This document shows, in pieces, positions 48,538 to 58,535 of a DNA stretch of 64,000 nucleotides. The stretch's first letter is position 1. Each line of letters opens with the position of its first letter. The DNA is taken from positions 192,001-256,000 of the forward strand of contig JBBRLQ010000005.1 of assembly GCA_038231275.1 (NCBI GenBank). Direction: 5' to 3'. The stretch is from Polyangiales bacterium (GTDB taxonomy: Bacteria > Myxococcota_A > Polyangia > Polyangiales > Polyangiaceae). A model generated the notes under the pieces. It was not told the DNA's origin, did not search any database, and was given only the letters and a program-made list of their open reading frames with translations. The translations under genes and the position numbers were made by a program.

Positions 48538-49245
48538 ATGGCTCCCAAGAAGAAGAAGCTCGCCAAGAAGGCCCCCGTGAAGAAGACCTCCTCCGCCGCG
48601 AAGAGGAAGAAGCCGGCGGCGAAAAAGAAGACGAAGAAGAAGGCGAGCATCACCCGCCGGGCGGCCCCGAAGCCCGCCGCCAAACGGGTGGCGAAGACGA
48701 AGAGGAAAGCCCCCGCGAAGGCGAAGGCCAAGGCGAAGCCGGCGAAAGCGAAAGCCAAGGCGAAGCCGGCGAAAGCGAAAGCCAAGGCGAAGCCGGCAAA
48801 GGCGAAGGCGAAGCCGGCGGCAAATGCGAAAGCGAAGCCGGTGGCCAAGGCGAAAGCGAAGCCGGTGGCCAAGGCGAAAGCGAAGCCGGTGGCCCCTGCG
48901 CCGAAGAAGAAGGCGCCGATCTCGCGCCGTGATGGCGCCGGGCACCTCGACCCCGAGTACGCGGCGAGCTTGATGGCGCTCTCGCACAAGAGTGAGCGCA
49001 CCGTACCGCTCGATCGCGCGTTCATCGGCGGCAAGCACCCCGACGATCTCGCGACGTCGATGGGCGAGCAGGTCGTGGAGCAGGCGACGACCGGTGAGTA
49101 CGACGGCGAGGACGTCCTCGACCAGGAGGTGCCCGAGGAGAGCGGCGGGCCGTTCGTGGAGTCGACGGGCGCACGCGAATACGGCCACGACATCGACGCG
49201 TCGAACCCCAAAGGGGCCGACCGCGAGCCGTTCCCCAAGACTTGA
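48538..49245 (+). CDS. histone H1-like Lys/Ala/Pro-rich protein with acidic C-terminal domain
   Basis: AKAKAKP repeats; C-terminal EEQ-rich EVPEESGGPFVE...SNPKGADREPFP. Confidence 0.8.
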   Translation: MAPKKKKLAKKAPVKKTSSAAKRKKPAAKKKTKKKASITRRAAPKPAAKRVAKTKRKAPAKAKAKAKPAKAKAKAKPAKAKAKAKPAKAKAKPAANAKAKPVAKAKAKPVAKAKAKPVAPAPKKKAPISRRDGAGHLDPEYAASLMALSHKSERTVPLDRAFIGGKHPDDLATSMGEQVVEQATTGEYDGEDVLDQEVPEESGGPFVESTGAREYGHDIDASNPKGADREPFPKT

Positions 49246-49274
49246 GGAGCAGCAGCGCTGCGCTTCGCTCCACT
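49246..49274. repeat. REP-like intergenic element, copy 2
   Basis: CGCTGCGCTTCGCTCCACT is the reverse complement of 28618-28636; GGAGC/GCTCC hairpin. Confidence 0.65.
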
Positions 49275-49277
49275 CGC

Positions 49278-50168
49278 TCAGAGGCCGAGCGACGACAGAT
49301 CGAGCGCGGCGCCGCGGACGGGCGGGCAGAAGTAGTATCCACCGGTCTTCGCGCGGCTGAAGCGCAGCAGCCCGTCGGTGATCCCGTCGTCGAGGCCCGC
49401 CATGCGGCGTAGCACGCGCTCGTAGCGATCGAGCGTCTCACCGTACGCGACGAAGTAGATGCCGTGGAGCTGCGTGTCGCCCCACGGCATCGAGCGGCGC
49501 ACCATGAATGCGGGCGGATCGAAATCCTCCTGCGCGGCGCGCTTCACGTGGGCGGAGGCCGGCGCCTCCTCGATCTCTTCGTTGTCGAGAATGCGACGGC
49601 CGAACGTGTTGTCGCGATCGCCGTCGGGCAACTTGGCGAACGCGGCGAGATCGTGCACCCACGTCTGCGCGGCGACGAAGCTCCCGCCGTCGAGACCTGC
49701 GCCGGCGCCGCGGAGGATCGCCGCGTCGACGGCGAGATCGCCTTTCGGATTTTCCGTGCCGTCCTCGTAGCCGGAAAGATCGTGGCCGGTCTTGTACATG
49801 AAGGTGCCCACGTCCTCGCGGACGACGAACGCTGCGCTCGCGCGCCCGACGAACGCGCGCGCGCGATCGAGCACGTCGCCCGGATCGTCGCCCGCGAAGA
49901 ACGCCCAAAGCGCGCCCTGCGTCGAGGGAAAGGCGACCCCCGCGCCGGTGACCGACGGGAACGAGCGGAGGCCCGGGATCTTCTTGCCGAGCGCGAGGGC
50001 GAGCGGTTGGCCGATGCCGATGCCCGTGCGCTCCATCGACGTGCCGCCGGCGAGCGCGCGGAGCGTGGCGGCGGCACGCGATGCGTCGGTGAGATCGAGG
50101 GTGACGAAGCGTCCGAAGCGAGGAACCGGCGCGAGAACGACGGGTTGGAAGGGGAGGGGCGCGACCAT
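49278..50168 (-). CDS. Dyp-type peroxidase
   Basis: DLSGYEDGTENP (GXXDG), W.HDL, SAHVKR, RRSMPW, TGGYYF. Confidence 0.92.
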   Translation of the reverse strand: MVAPLPFQPVVLAPVPRFGRFVTLDLTDASRAAATLRALAGGTSMERTGIGIGQPLALALGKKIPGLRSFPSVTGAGVAFPSTQGALWAFFAGDDPGDVLDRARAFVGRASAAFVVREDVGTFMYKTGHDLSGYEDGTENPKGDLAVDAAILRGAGAGLDGGSFVAAQTWVHDLAAFAKLPDGDRDNTFGRRILDNEEIEEAPASAHVKRAAQEDFDPPAFMVRRSMPWGDTQLHGIYFVAYGETLDRYERVLRRMAGLDDGITDGLLRFSRAKTGGYYFCPPVRGAALDLSSLGL

Positions 50169-50240
50169 GCCAGAGACTCTATAGTGCAGCCCTGCGCGAG
50201 CCCAGATCGTCTGGCGCGGTCGTGCGTAAGAGTAGGCACC

Positions 50241-51500
50241 ATGAGACTTCGAACCTTTTTGACTCCCTTGTGTTTTTCACTTCTTGGCGTGGCCTGCAAC
50301 GTGGCGAGCGTCCCCGCCCAAGCCGCGCCGACCCCCACGTCGGCCAGCGCGTCGACCCCGACGTCCGCCAGCGGGCGCCTCGCGGCCGATCCGGCCGGCA
50401 ACGAGCTGACGATGGGCGCGCTGCACGTGCTCTCGAACGACGCCGGCAACGTCTTCTTCTCGGGCACGAGCCTGCGCGGCGCGCTCGGCATGACCGCGCT
50501 CGGCGCCGATGGCCAGACGCTCGCGGAGATGGTGGCTGCGCTGCACCTCGACGCCGATCCCTCCGGTAACGTCACGCACGCGCAGACCGAGGCGCTCCTC
50601 TGGAAGCGCGCGGCGGGGAGCGCGGAGCTCGCCATCGCCAACCGCCTTTGGATCGAGGACCGCTTCACGATCGACTCGACCTTCGCGCAGCGCGCCGCAG
50701 ACGGCTACGGCGCTTCGGCGGCGCGCCTCGACTTCCAAGAGCACGCCGAGCCCGCGCGCCTCACGATCAACGACTGGGTCAAGGTCGCCACGCACGACAA
50801 GATCCCCGAGCTACTTCCGCCGCGATCGGTGGACTCGTCGACGCGCCTCGTCCTCACGAACGCGGTCTACTTCAAGGGGACCTGGACCGACGGCTTCTCC
50901 AAGTCCGCGACGTTCGACGCGCCGTTCCACGCCGCCTCCGGAGATGTGCGCGTCCCCACGATGCACCGCACCGGCGCGATGTCCGTGGGCGAGAACGACT
51001 CCGCCACGCTCGTCGAGCTTCCGTACAAGGACAGCGGGCTCTCCATGCTGGTCGTGCTCCCGAAGAACGGCGGGCTCCACGCGCTGGAGTCCACCCTCAC
51101 GGCGAACGAGCTCGGCCGCTGGGTCTCCGGCATGCAGAAGGAAGAGATCGGTCTCGCGATGCCGAAGTTCACCTTCTCGTGGGGGCGCTCCGTGAAGGCC
51201 GATCTCGAGCAGATGGGCATCCACCGCCTCTTCACCGGCGCCGCCGAGCTCACCAAGATGGCGGCGCCCGGTGTTCGTGACGAGCGCCTCTACGTGAGTG
51301 ACGTCGTTCACAAGTCGTTCGTGCTCGTCGACGAGACCGGCACCGAGGCGGCGGCGGCCACGGGCGTCACCGTCGCAAAATCGAGCGCCATCGCGTTTCA
51401 TCGTCAGGTGAACCTCGACGTCCCGTTCCTCTTTTTCGTGCGCGACCGCGCGACCGGCAACGTCCTCTTCGCGGGTCGGCTCGCCAACCCGAAAGCGTGA
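50241..51500 (+). CDS. serpin (serine protease inhibitor) lipoprotein
   Basis: GVAC lipobox; NVFFS, INDWV..THDKI, LTNAVYFKGTW, DETGTEAAAAT, PFLF. Confidence 0.93.
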   Translation: MRLRTFLTPLCFSLLGVACNVASVPAQAAPTPTSASASTPTSASGRLAADPAGNELTMGALHVLSNDAGNVFFSGTSLRGALGMTALGADGQTLAEMVAALHLDADPSGNVTHAQTEALLWKRAAGSAELAIANRLWIEDRFTIDSTFAQRAADGYGASAARLDFQEHAEPARLTINDWVKVATHDKIPELLPPRSVDSSTRLVLTNAVYFKGTWTDGFSKSATFDAPFHAASGDVRVPTMHRTGAMSVGENDSATLVELPYKDSGLSMLVVLPKNGGLHALESTLTANELGRWVSGMQKEEIGLAMPKFTFSWGRSVKADLEQMGIHRLFTGAAELTKMAAPGVRDERLYVSDVVHKSFVLVDETGTEAAAATGVTVAKSSAIAFHRQVNLDVPFLFFVRDRATGNVLFAGRLANPKA

Positions 51501-51504
51501 ACGG

Positions 51505-52734
51505 TCACACGTCGACGGAGCCCGCCGAAGTGTGCTCCCAGTACGTGAGCCCGCCGTCCGCCAGCGACGTGACGAAGCGCACCGCGCCGTCTTGCGACAC
51601 GACCACCGCGACGGCCTCGGGGATGGCGGTGCAGAGCCGATAGGCCGAGCGGTGCCGCGTCCCAACGCCGTCGATCGACTCCCTCTCGCGCTGGACGCCC
51701 TCCAGATCGAGCGCGCGGGCGACGTCGTGGACCTCGGGCAAACGTCCGGCGATCTCGGCGCCGAAACCGAAGAGCTCGAACCGCTTCGTCAGGACGACCG
51801 CGCCGTCGACGTCGGCGAGCGCGGCGATCAGGTGCCCCAGCTCGAACACCGCCTCGTCGAGCGCGGCGAGACCCGACGCTTCCTCCGCGCCGGCGAGGCC
51901 GCGCAGAACCGCGAGGATGAGGGTGCGGTAGCGCCGCCGCGGCTCCTCGTCGCAGAACGCATACTTCAGCGCGAGGTACGGCGTGCTCGACGCGATGTCC
52001 TCCGGGAGAAACAGGACGGTGCCGCCGTGGTGCGCGTCGCGCATCGTCGTGATCACGCGCTTGATCATCTGCTGCGACACGCGTTTCACGACGGCGGCGT
52101 CGAGGGGGCGCCACGGCGTGGTGGCGTCGCGCTGCGCCTGCTCGTGCGCGTCGAAGATCTCTTTGCGGACGACGGCGAAGCGGGCAGGGAGCCACTTGGA
52201 CTCGAAGACGTCGAGACCAGGCCCCGTCACTACGCCGCGCCGTAGCTCCGCGAGCGTGACGTCACCCTTTGCGATCGCGAGCCGCCCGGGTCCATGCACG
52301 CGGATGACGAGCGCGTCCTCCGGCACGTCGGGGCCGCCGCCCGGTGCTCCGCGCGCGCTCTGGAGCCAGCGCGTCCCCGATTGCATCACACCCCAGAGCT
52401 GGAGCCGCCCGCCACGCGACTCGACGCCGATCAGCGCGCGGTGGAACTTGGTCGCGGGGGAGAGCCGCCGTAGCTCATCGGCGGTGCACGGCCGCGGTTC
52501 TGCGAAGCGGAGGCGATGCAGGCCGGTCGGCGGGTGCCCGTTCTCGGGGAGCCGGCTGGGCGGGCCGTACAAGAGGCGGAATGAGACCGGGCGCAGCTCG
52601 TCGAAGAGGAGGCTCGCCTGGTACGCCGTGGAAATCAGCGCCTCCAGCGCGGCCGGCGAGGGGAGGCAGGAGGTGTCCTCGCCCCATACGTTCCGCACAT
52701 AGCTCGCGAGCTGCGTCGGGTACGCGTGGAGCAT
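51505..52734 (-). CDS. diadenylate-cyclase-like (DisA_N/DAC) protein with N-terminal DACNV-like sensor domain
   Basis: VDGAVVL, GFGAEI, GTRHRSA, VVSQDG; N-terminal AYQASL..DE.RPVSFRL...ELRRLSPA. Confidence 0.78.
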   Translation of the reverse strand: MLHAYPTQLASYVRNVWGEDTSCLPSPAALEALISTAYQASLLFDELRPVSFRLLYGPPSRLPENGHPPTGLHRLRFAEPRPCTADELRRLSPATKFHRALIGVESRGGRLQLWGVMQSGTRWLQSARGAPGGGPDVPEDALVIRVHGPGRLAIAKGDVTLAELRRGVVTGPGLDVFESKWLPARFAVVRKEIFDAHEQAQRDATTPWRPLDAAVVKRVSQQMIKRVITTMRDAHHGGTVLFLPEDIASSTPYLALKYAFCDEEPRRRYRTLILAVLRGLAGAEEASGLAALDEAVFELGHLIAALADVDGAVVLTKRFELFGFGAEIAGRLPEVHDVARALDLEGVQRERESIDGVGTRHRSAYRLCTAIPEAVAVVVSQDGAVRFVTSLADGGLTYWEHTSAGSVDV

Positions 52735-52867
52735 TCCCCGACTATACAGGCCCGCGCCTTGACCCGGGCCGGAGCCGACGCTAAGGAAGTTTCAGTAGTT
52801 TTTGAAGCTTTCGTGAGATGTGACGACGCACGGCGTCATGGCGCCGAACGCCCGAGGGGAGAGGTTC

Positions 52868-53962
52868 ATGGTGTCCAGCTCGATCGAAGTGCGCAGCGAC
52901 GCGCGGGAGCCCGCGCACGACGACGTGCTCGCCCGTCTGGCCGACGTCTGCAGGGTCCGCGGCGTGGACGGCACGCCCTCGCGCCTCGGCTCCTTGCTGG
53001 GCTGCGTCGAGGACGACATGCGCGTCATCGACGCCGCGCTGGAGGTCGTGAGCGAAGGCGGAACACGCGAGCTGCCGGTCGAGAAGAGCGTGCGTCACCT
53101 GCTGCGCCTCAAGGGCAAGCGCCTCCGCCCGATGTGCGTCGCGCTCGCCGCCCGCGTCGGCACCGGCTTCAGCGACGCCGCGCGCGAGATCGCCGTCTCG
53201 GCCGAGCTCGTCCACGCCGCGACGCTCCTCCACGACGACGTCGTCGATCTCGGCGACAAGCGCCGCGGTGAGCCGACGGCGCGAATGGTCTACGGCAACG
53301 CCGCGTCGATCTTCGGCGGCGACTGGCTCCTCGTGGAGGCGCTGCGCAGGATCCACCGCGCAGGTGTGCCGGGCGTCATGGACGGCGTGCTCGCGGTCCT
53401 CACCGAGATGCTCGGCGCCGAGTCGCTTCAGCTCGCGTGCCGTGGACGCTTCGATCCGAGCATGGGCGTGTACATGCGCATCGTCGAGGGCAAGACGGCC
53501 TCGCTCTTCCGCTGGGCGCTCGCCGCTGGTGGTCGCGCCGGTGGGCTCGACGACGACGCGTGTCGCGCGCTCTCGACGTACGGCGACAAGCTCGGGGTCG
53601 CGTTCCAGATCGTCGACGATCTCCTCGACGTCGCGGGCGATGCCGGCGCGCTCGGAAAGAGCGTGTACTCGGACCTGCGCGAAGGGAAGACGACGTATCC
53701 GCTCCTCATCGCCCTCGAGCGTGAACCGCAGCTGATGCCGATCGTCCGCGCCGCGTGCGAGGCCGAGGACGACGCGCACCTGGCGTCGGCCGGCGCCGCG
53801 GTGGCCGAGGCGCTGGCGAGGACGGGCGCGATCGACGAAGCCCGCGCGTTCGCGGCGCGCCTCTCGACGCAGGCGGTCGGCAGCTTGTCCGGCCTGCGGC
53901 GGTGCATCGCGCGGGAAGCGCTCGAGCACACCGCGATCGAGCTCGTCGGGAGGGGCAAGTGA
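52868..53962 (+). CDS. polyprenyl (octaprenyl-type) diphosphate synthase
   Basis: GKRLRP, ELVHAATLLHDDVVD..RRG, GKTASLF, AFQIVDDLLD. Confidence 0.92.
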   Translation: MVSSSIEVRSDAREPAHDDVLARLADVCRVRGVDGTPSRLGSLLGCVEDDMRVIDAALEVVSEGGTRELPVEKSVRHLLRLKGKRLRPMCVALAARVGTGFSDAAREIAVSAELVHAATLLHDDVVDLGDKRRGEPTARMVYGNAASIFGGDWLLVEALRRIHRAGVPGVMDGVLAVLTEMLGAESLQLACRGRFDPSMGVYMRIVEGKTASLFRWALAAGGRAGGLDDDACRALSTYGDKLGVAFQIVDDLLDVAGDAGALGKSVYSDLREGKTTYPLLIALEREPQLMPIVRAACEAEDDAHLASAGAAVAEALARTGAIDEARAFAARLSTQAVGSLSGLRRCIAREALEHTAIELVGRGK

Positions 53963-54687
53963 ACGCGCCGCAGGCCAAGGGCGGGAGCGGCGAGATGTTC
54001 GACGCGATCGCGGACAAGTACGATCTCGTCAACCGCGTCATCTCGCTCGGCATCGACCAGAGCTGGCGGCGCAAGGCCGTGCGCGCCATGAACCTTGCGG
54101 ACGCCGCCCGCGCGATCGATCTGGCCACCGGCACCGGGGATCTCGCGATCTTGACCGCGAAGACGCATCCTCAGGTCCACGTCCTCGGCCTCGATCCGTC
54201 GACCAAGATGCTCGCGGTCGGCGAGGTCAAGGTGAAGGCGGCGGAGCTCGAGGGGCGCGTCGTCCTGAAGGTCGGCGACGCGCAGGCGATCGACGCGCCG
54301 GACGCGAGCGTCGACGCGACGAGCATCTCGTTCGGGATCCGTAACGTGCCCGATCGCGCCAAGGCCCTCCGCGAGATGGCGCGCGTCGTGCGGCCGGGCG
54401 GCCGCGTCGTGATCCTCGAGCTCGCCGAGCCGACGACGCCGGTCCTCGGGTCGCTCGCGCGCTGGCACATCCACACGCTCGTCCCCGCGATCGGCGCCGC
54501 GCTATCCGGCGCCCGCGAGTACCGGTACCTGGAGAAGTCGATCGCCGCGTTCCCGCCGCGCGAGGAGTTCGCGGCGCTGATGGAGAGCTCTGGCCTTCGC
54601 GTCCTCGCGGCCGAGCCGCTCACGTTCGGGGTCGCGACGCTCTACGTTGCGACCCCGGCGACGGAGGAGCCCGATGCTCGCAGCTGA
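53959..54687 (+). CDS. menG: demethylmenaquinone methyltransferase (UbiE/MenG)
   Basis: MFDAIADKYD, DLATGTGD, FGIRNV, YRYL..SI. Confidence 0.92.
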   Translation: MNAPQAKGGSGEMFDAIADKYDLVNRVISLGIDQSWRRKAVRAMNLADAARAIDLATGTGDLAILTAKTHPQVHVLGLDPSTKMLAVGEVKVKAAELEGRVVLKVGDAQAIDAPDASVDATSISFGIRNVPDRAKALREMARVVRPGGRVVILELAEPTTPVLGSLARWHIHTLVPAIGAALSGAREYRYLEKSIAAFPPREEFAALMESSGLRVLAAEPLTFGVATLYVATPATEEPDARS

Positions 54688-55969
54688 CGCCATCTGCGTG
54701 CTCACCCGGCCCGCGCCGCGCGTGCGGCCGGAGGCGTTCCTGGGCCTGCCGCTCGAAGGCGAGCGCATGCTTTGGGACGCCGGCGAGGGGTGGTCGTTCG
54801 CGGGTCGCGGCGCGGCCGCGCGCGTGGAGGCGTGGGGCGAGCGGCGCTTCGAGCAGACGCGTGACGCCGCGGCGCGCGTGTTCGCGTCGCTCCTCGACCT
54901 CGACCAAGGGGTCGCGCCGAAGATGCGCATGTTCGGCGGACTCTCGTTCCAGCCGCAAGGCGTCGCGCCGCCGCCGTGGACCGGCTTCGCCGACGCGAGC
55001 TTCGTGCTCCCGCGCTGGACGTACTGCGTGTCGAAGGACGCGGCGTTCGTGCGCGTCGCCGTGCCCGCCGGGGAGCTGCGCGGCGCCGAGGACCGGCTCG
55101 CGACGGTGCTCCATGCGCTCGAAAAGGCGCCGGAGCGCGTCACGATGCCGGCCCCGAACGGCGCGCGCCTCGTCGAGATGGAGCGCACGGTCTGGGATGA
55201 GCTCGTCGAGGGCGCGCTGCGATCGATCCGTAGCCGCGAGCTCGAGAAGGTCGTCACGGCGCGTCGGAGCGCGGTCACGCTGAGCACGCCGATTGATCTT
55301 CCCGCGGCGCTCGGCCGCATGCGCCGCCTCGAGCCGACGTGCACGCGCTTCGCCGTCGAGCGCGAGGGCGGAGTCTTCCTCGGCGCGACGCCGGAGCGCC
55401 TCGCCGTCTTGCGCGGCCTGCGCGTGGAGGTCGACGCGCTCGCCGGCTCCATCCCGCGTCGCGACGAAGGAGAGGAGCGCGAGCTCATCGCCAGCGACAA
55501 AGATCAACGCGAGCACGCGCTCGTCGTCGACGGGATCCGCGCGGCGCTGGCGTCGTTCTGCGATCACGTCGACACGCCGTACCCGCCGGGCGTCCGCACG
55601 CTGCGCGCGGTCCACCACCTGTGGACGCCGATCACCGCATCGCTGCGCGCGCCGACGCACGTGCTCGATCTCGTCGCCGCCGTGCACCCGACCCCCGCGG
55701 TATGTGGCCTCCCGCGCGAGCGCGCGCGCGGATGGATCGCGGAGCACGAGCCGACGCCGCGCGGATGGTACGCGTCGCCGGTCGGCTGGTTCGACGACGC
55801 GGGCGAGGGGCAGTTTTCGGTCGCCATTCGCTCGGCGCTCGTGAAGGGGACCGACGCGTGGCTCTTCGCCGGAGCCGGCATCGTCGAGGGCTCCGATCCC
55901 GGCCTCGAGTACAAGGAGACAGGGGTCAAGCAGACGACGATGCTCGCGACCTTGGGGGTCGCGCCGTGA
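54674..55969 (+). CDS. menF: isochorismate synthase
   Basis: KVVTAR, GATPERL, ALAGS, KDQREH, HPTPAVCG, FAGAGIV. Confidence 0.9.
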   Translation: MLAADAICVLTRPAPRVRPEAFLGLPLEGERMLWDAGEGWSFAGRGAAARVEAWGERRFEQTRDAAARVFASLLDLDQGVAPKMRMFGGLSFQPQGVAPPPWTGFADASFVLPRWTYCVSKDAAFVRVAVPAGELRGAEDRLATVLHALEKAPERVTMPAPNGARLVEMERTVWDELVEGALRSIRSRELEKVVTARRSAVTLSTPIDLPAALGRMRRLEPTCTRFAVEREGGVFLGATPERLAVLRGLRVEVDALAGSIPRRDEGEERELIASDKDQREHALVVDGIRAALASFCDHVDTPYPPGVRTLRAVHHLWTPITASLRAPTHVLDLVAAVHPTPAVCGLPRERARGWIAEHEPTPRGWYASPVGWFDDAGEGQFSVAIRSALVKGTDAWLFAGAGIVEGSDPGLEYKETGVKQTTMLATLGVAP

Positions 55970-57741
55970 CCTCGAACCTCCACGTCGCGTGGGGGCGCCT
56001 CTTCATGCGCGCACTCGCGACGTCGGGGGTGAAGCACCTCGTCGTGAGCCCCGGCTCGCGTTCGACGCCGCTCGTCCTCGCCGCCGCGCGCGAGGAGCGG
56101 CTCGTCTGCCACGTGATCGTCGACGAGCGCAGCGCCGCGTTCTTCGCGCTCGGGCAAGCGCGCGCGACCGGAGAGCCGAGCGCGCTCCTCTGCACGTCGG
56201 GCACCGCGGCGGCCCATTATTTCCCGGCGATCATCGAAGCGAGCGCGAGCTTCACGCCGCTCGTCGTCGTGACCGCCGATCGCCCTTGGGAGGCGTACGA
56301 CGCCGCGTCGCCGCAGACGATCGATCAGATCAAGCTGTATGGCGGGTACGTTCGGCAGTTCGCGGAGCTCGGACTTCCGGATCCCTCGGCGGCGGCGCTG
56401 CGGGCCGTCGTGCGCGTCGCCGCGCAGGCGGTCGAGAAGGCACGCGGTCCGACACCCGGCCCCGTCCACGTGAACGCGCGCTTTCGAAAGCCGCTCGAGC
56501 CGGTCACCGGCCTCGCGCGTGAGGCGTGGGAGGACGAGTGGGAGCGCCTCATGGCCGCAGGCGCCCCGCGTACGGCAACGCCGCGCCTCTCTCCGGACAC
56601 CGACCTCGTCGCCGAGGTGACGGCGGCGTGCAAGCGCTCGACGCGCGGGCTCATCGTGTGCGGGCCATCTGGCCTCTCGCCGTCGAGCTCCCCGCGGAGC
56701 GGCAACGTCGCCGCGCTCCAACGTGCCACCGGCTTCCCGATCCTCGCCGAGGCCACGAGCCAACACCTCTTCGGCGTCGAGAGCCGGAGCGTCCGCGTTT
56801 TCGGCGCGTTCGACGCGATCCTGCGGGATCCCGCGTGGCGCGCGCGCTTGGCGGCTGACGTCATCCTCGAGATCGGCGCGCCGCCCACCTCGAGCGCGTA
56901 CGCGACGTTCCTCACCGAGCACCCGCCCACGGTCCGCGCCGTGATCGCCGCGCACGGGTGGAACGATCCGACGGGGGGCGCAACGCACATCCTTCGCGGC
57001 GACGAGAACGAACTGTGCAACGCAATCGACCCGCACCTGGGGTGGGCCGAGGCGAAGTCGAAGAACGAACTCTTGGCGCCGCTCGCGCAGGCGAGCCAGG
57101 CCGTATACGCGCTCGTTCAGGAGGAGCTCGATTCGGGCGTGCTGACGGAGGGTCGCGTCGCACACGATCTCGTCGACGCGCTCGATGACGGCGGGACGCT
57201 CATCGTCTCGAACAGCAATCCCGTGCGCGACGTGGACCTGTATGCGCCTCCGCGATCCACGTCGCCCGCCCGGTTGCGCGTGCTCCATCAGCGCGGCGCC
57301 AGCGGGATCGACGGCCTCCTCTCCGGTGCCGCGGGCACGCGCAGCGTCGCGACCGGCCGCCTCGCGCTCCTCACCGGTGACCTCGCGTTCCTGCACGACG
57401 TCGGCGGCCTCGCTGCGGTGCGCGGCGTGAAGGGGCCGCTGGCGATCGTGGTCGTGCAGAACGGCGGTGGCCGGATCTTCGAGCAGCTCCCCATCGCGCG
57501 CGCCACTGACGCCGCGACGCTCGAGCGCTTCTTCGTTACCCCCGAACCCCTCGCCCTTGAACACGCCACCGCCGCGTTCGGGATCGCGCACCGCGCCGCG
57601 CGCACGCCCGACGAGCTCTCCGCCGCGCTCGCCGAAGCCATGGCCGGAGAGGCGCCGCTCGTGATCGAGGCGATCGTCGAGCCCAACGGAGCCGCCCGGC
57701 GTGCGCGCGTGTGGAACGGTTGGCAAGCGAGGGTCTCGTGA
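55966..57741 (+). CDS. menD: SEPHCHC synthase
   Basis: SPGSRSTPL, DERSAAFFALG, CTSGTA, TADRP, RGASGIDG, GDLAFLHD. Confidence 0.95.
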   Translation: MTSNLHVAWGRLFMRALATSGVKHLVVSPGSRSTPLVLAAAREERLVCHVIVDERSAAFFALGQARATGEPSALLCTSGTAAAHYFPAIIEASASFTPLVVVTADRPWEAYDAASPQTIDQIKLYGGYVRQFAELGLPDPSAAALRAVVRVAAQAVEKARGPTPGPVHVNARFRKPLEPVTGLAREAWEDEWERLMAAGAPRTATPRLSPDTDLVAEVTAACKRSTRGLIVCGPSGLSPSSSPRSGNVAALQRATGFPILAEATSQHLFGVESRSVRVFGAFDAILRDPAWRARLAADVILEIGAPPTSSAYATFLTEHPPTVRAVIAAHGWNDPTGGATHILRGDENELCNAIDPHLGWAEAKSKNELLAPLAQASQAVYALVQEELDSGVLTEGRVAHDLVDALDDGGTLIVSNSNPVRDVDLYAPPRSTSPARLRVLHQRGASGIDGLLSGAAGTRSVATGRLALLTGDLAFLHDVGGLAAVRGVKGPLAIVVVQNGGGRIFEQLPIARATDAATLERFFVTPEPLALEHATAAFGIAHRAARTPDELSAALAEAMAGEAPLVIEAIVEPNGAARRARVWNGWQARVS

Positions 57742-58535
57742 TCCCGACCATCCTCCTCCACGGATTTCTCGGCGCGCCGGCGGCGTGGGACGAGGTCGTG
57801 CGCTTCCTCGAGCCGCGCGGCGAGGCGCTGGCCGTCGCGTTGCCTGGCCACGGTGTGCGCCCGTGGATCCCTGGAGTCGGAGAGATCGCGAACGGCGACC
57901 GCTCGCTCCGCGGCCGCGCATCGTGCACGTCCTTCGAGGAGGCCGTCGACGCCTTCGCGGCCCGCTTGCCCGAGCGTGCCCATGTGGTCGGTTACTCGAT
58001 GGGTGCGCGCGTGGCGCTCGGCATCGCCGCGAGGCATCCCGCGCGGGTCGCGTCGCTCGTCGCGGTCGGCCTGCACCCGGGCCTCGCGGACGACACCGAA
58101 CGGCGCGCGCGCCGCGCATGGGACGAGCAGCTGGCGCGCGATCTGGAGACGAAGGACCTCGCATCCTTCGTGGACGCGTGGGAGAAGCTGCCGATCTGGG
58201 ACACGCAGCGCGCGCTCCCCGAGGCCGTGCGGGCGCGTCGTCGTGACGAGCGGCTCGCGCAAGTCCCCGCCGCGCTCGCGTGGGCGCAGCGGACCCTCGG
58301 CCTCGGCGCGATGCCGGATCTCTGGAACGCGCTCGCCGCGTCGGAGGTGCCGGTTCACCTCGTGACCGGCGCGCGCGACGACAAGTTCACCGCCCTCGCT
58401 CGGCTGGCGCTCTCACGCGCCCCGTCGTGCCTGCACACCGCCGTGGGCGGCGCCGGTCATGACGTCGGCCTCGAAGCGCCACGCGCGCTGGCCTCGATCC
58501 TTCGCACGGTACAAACAGGAGCACGCGAGCCATGA
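57738..58535 (+). CDS. menH: SHCHC synthase (alpha/beta hydrolase)
   Basis: LHGFLG, GYSMGAR, G.RDDKF, AGH; position in the men operon. Confidence 0.88.
   Translation: MIPTILLHGFLGAPAAWDEVVRFLEPRGEALAVALPGHGVRPWIPGVGEIANGDRSLRGRASCTSFEEAVDAFAARLPERAHVVGYSMGARVALGIAARHPARVASLVAVGLHPGLADDTERRARRAWDEQLARDLETKDLASFVDAWEKLPIWDTQRALPEAVRARRRDERLAQVPAALAWAQRTLGLGAMPDLWNALAASEVPVHLVTGARDDKFTALARLALSRAPSCLHTAVGGAGHDVGLEAPRALASILRTVQTGAREP

Noticed and set aside
49278-49320. Encapsulin-targeting peptide on DyP
   Set aside because: The C-terminus LDLSSLGL lacks the GSLxIGSL or LTVGSL pattern and no encapsulin gene is nearby
50211-50228. sigma54 box upstream of the serpin
   Set aside because: GG-to-GC spacing is 9, not 10
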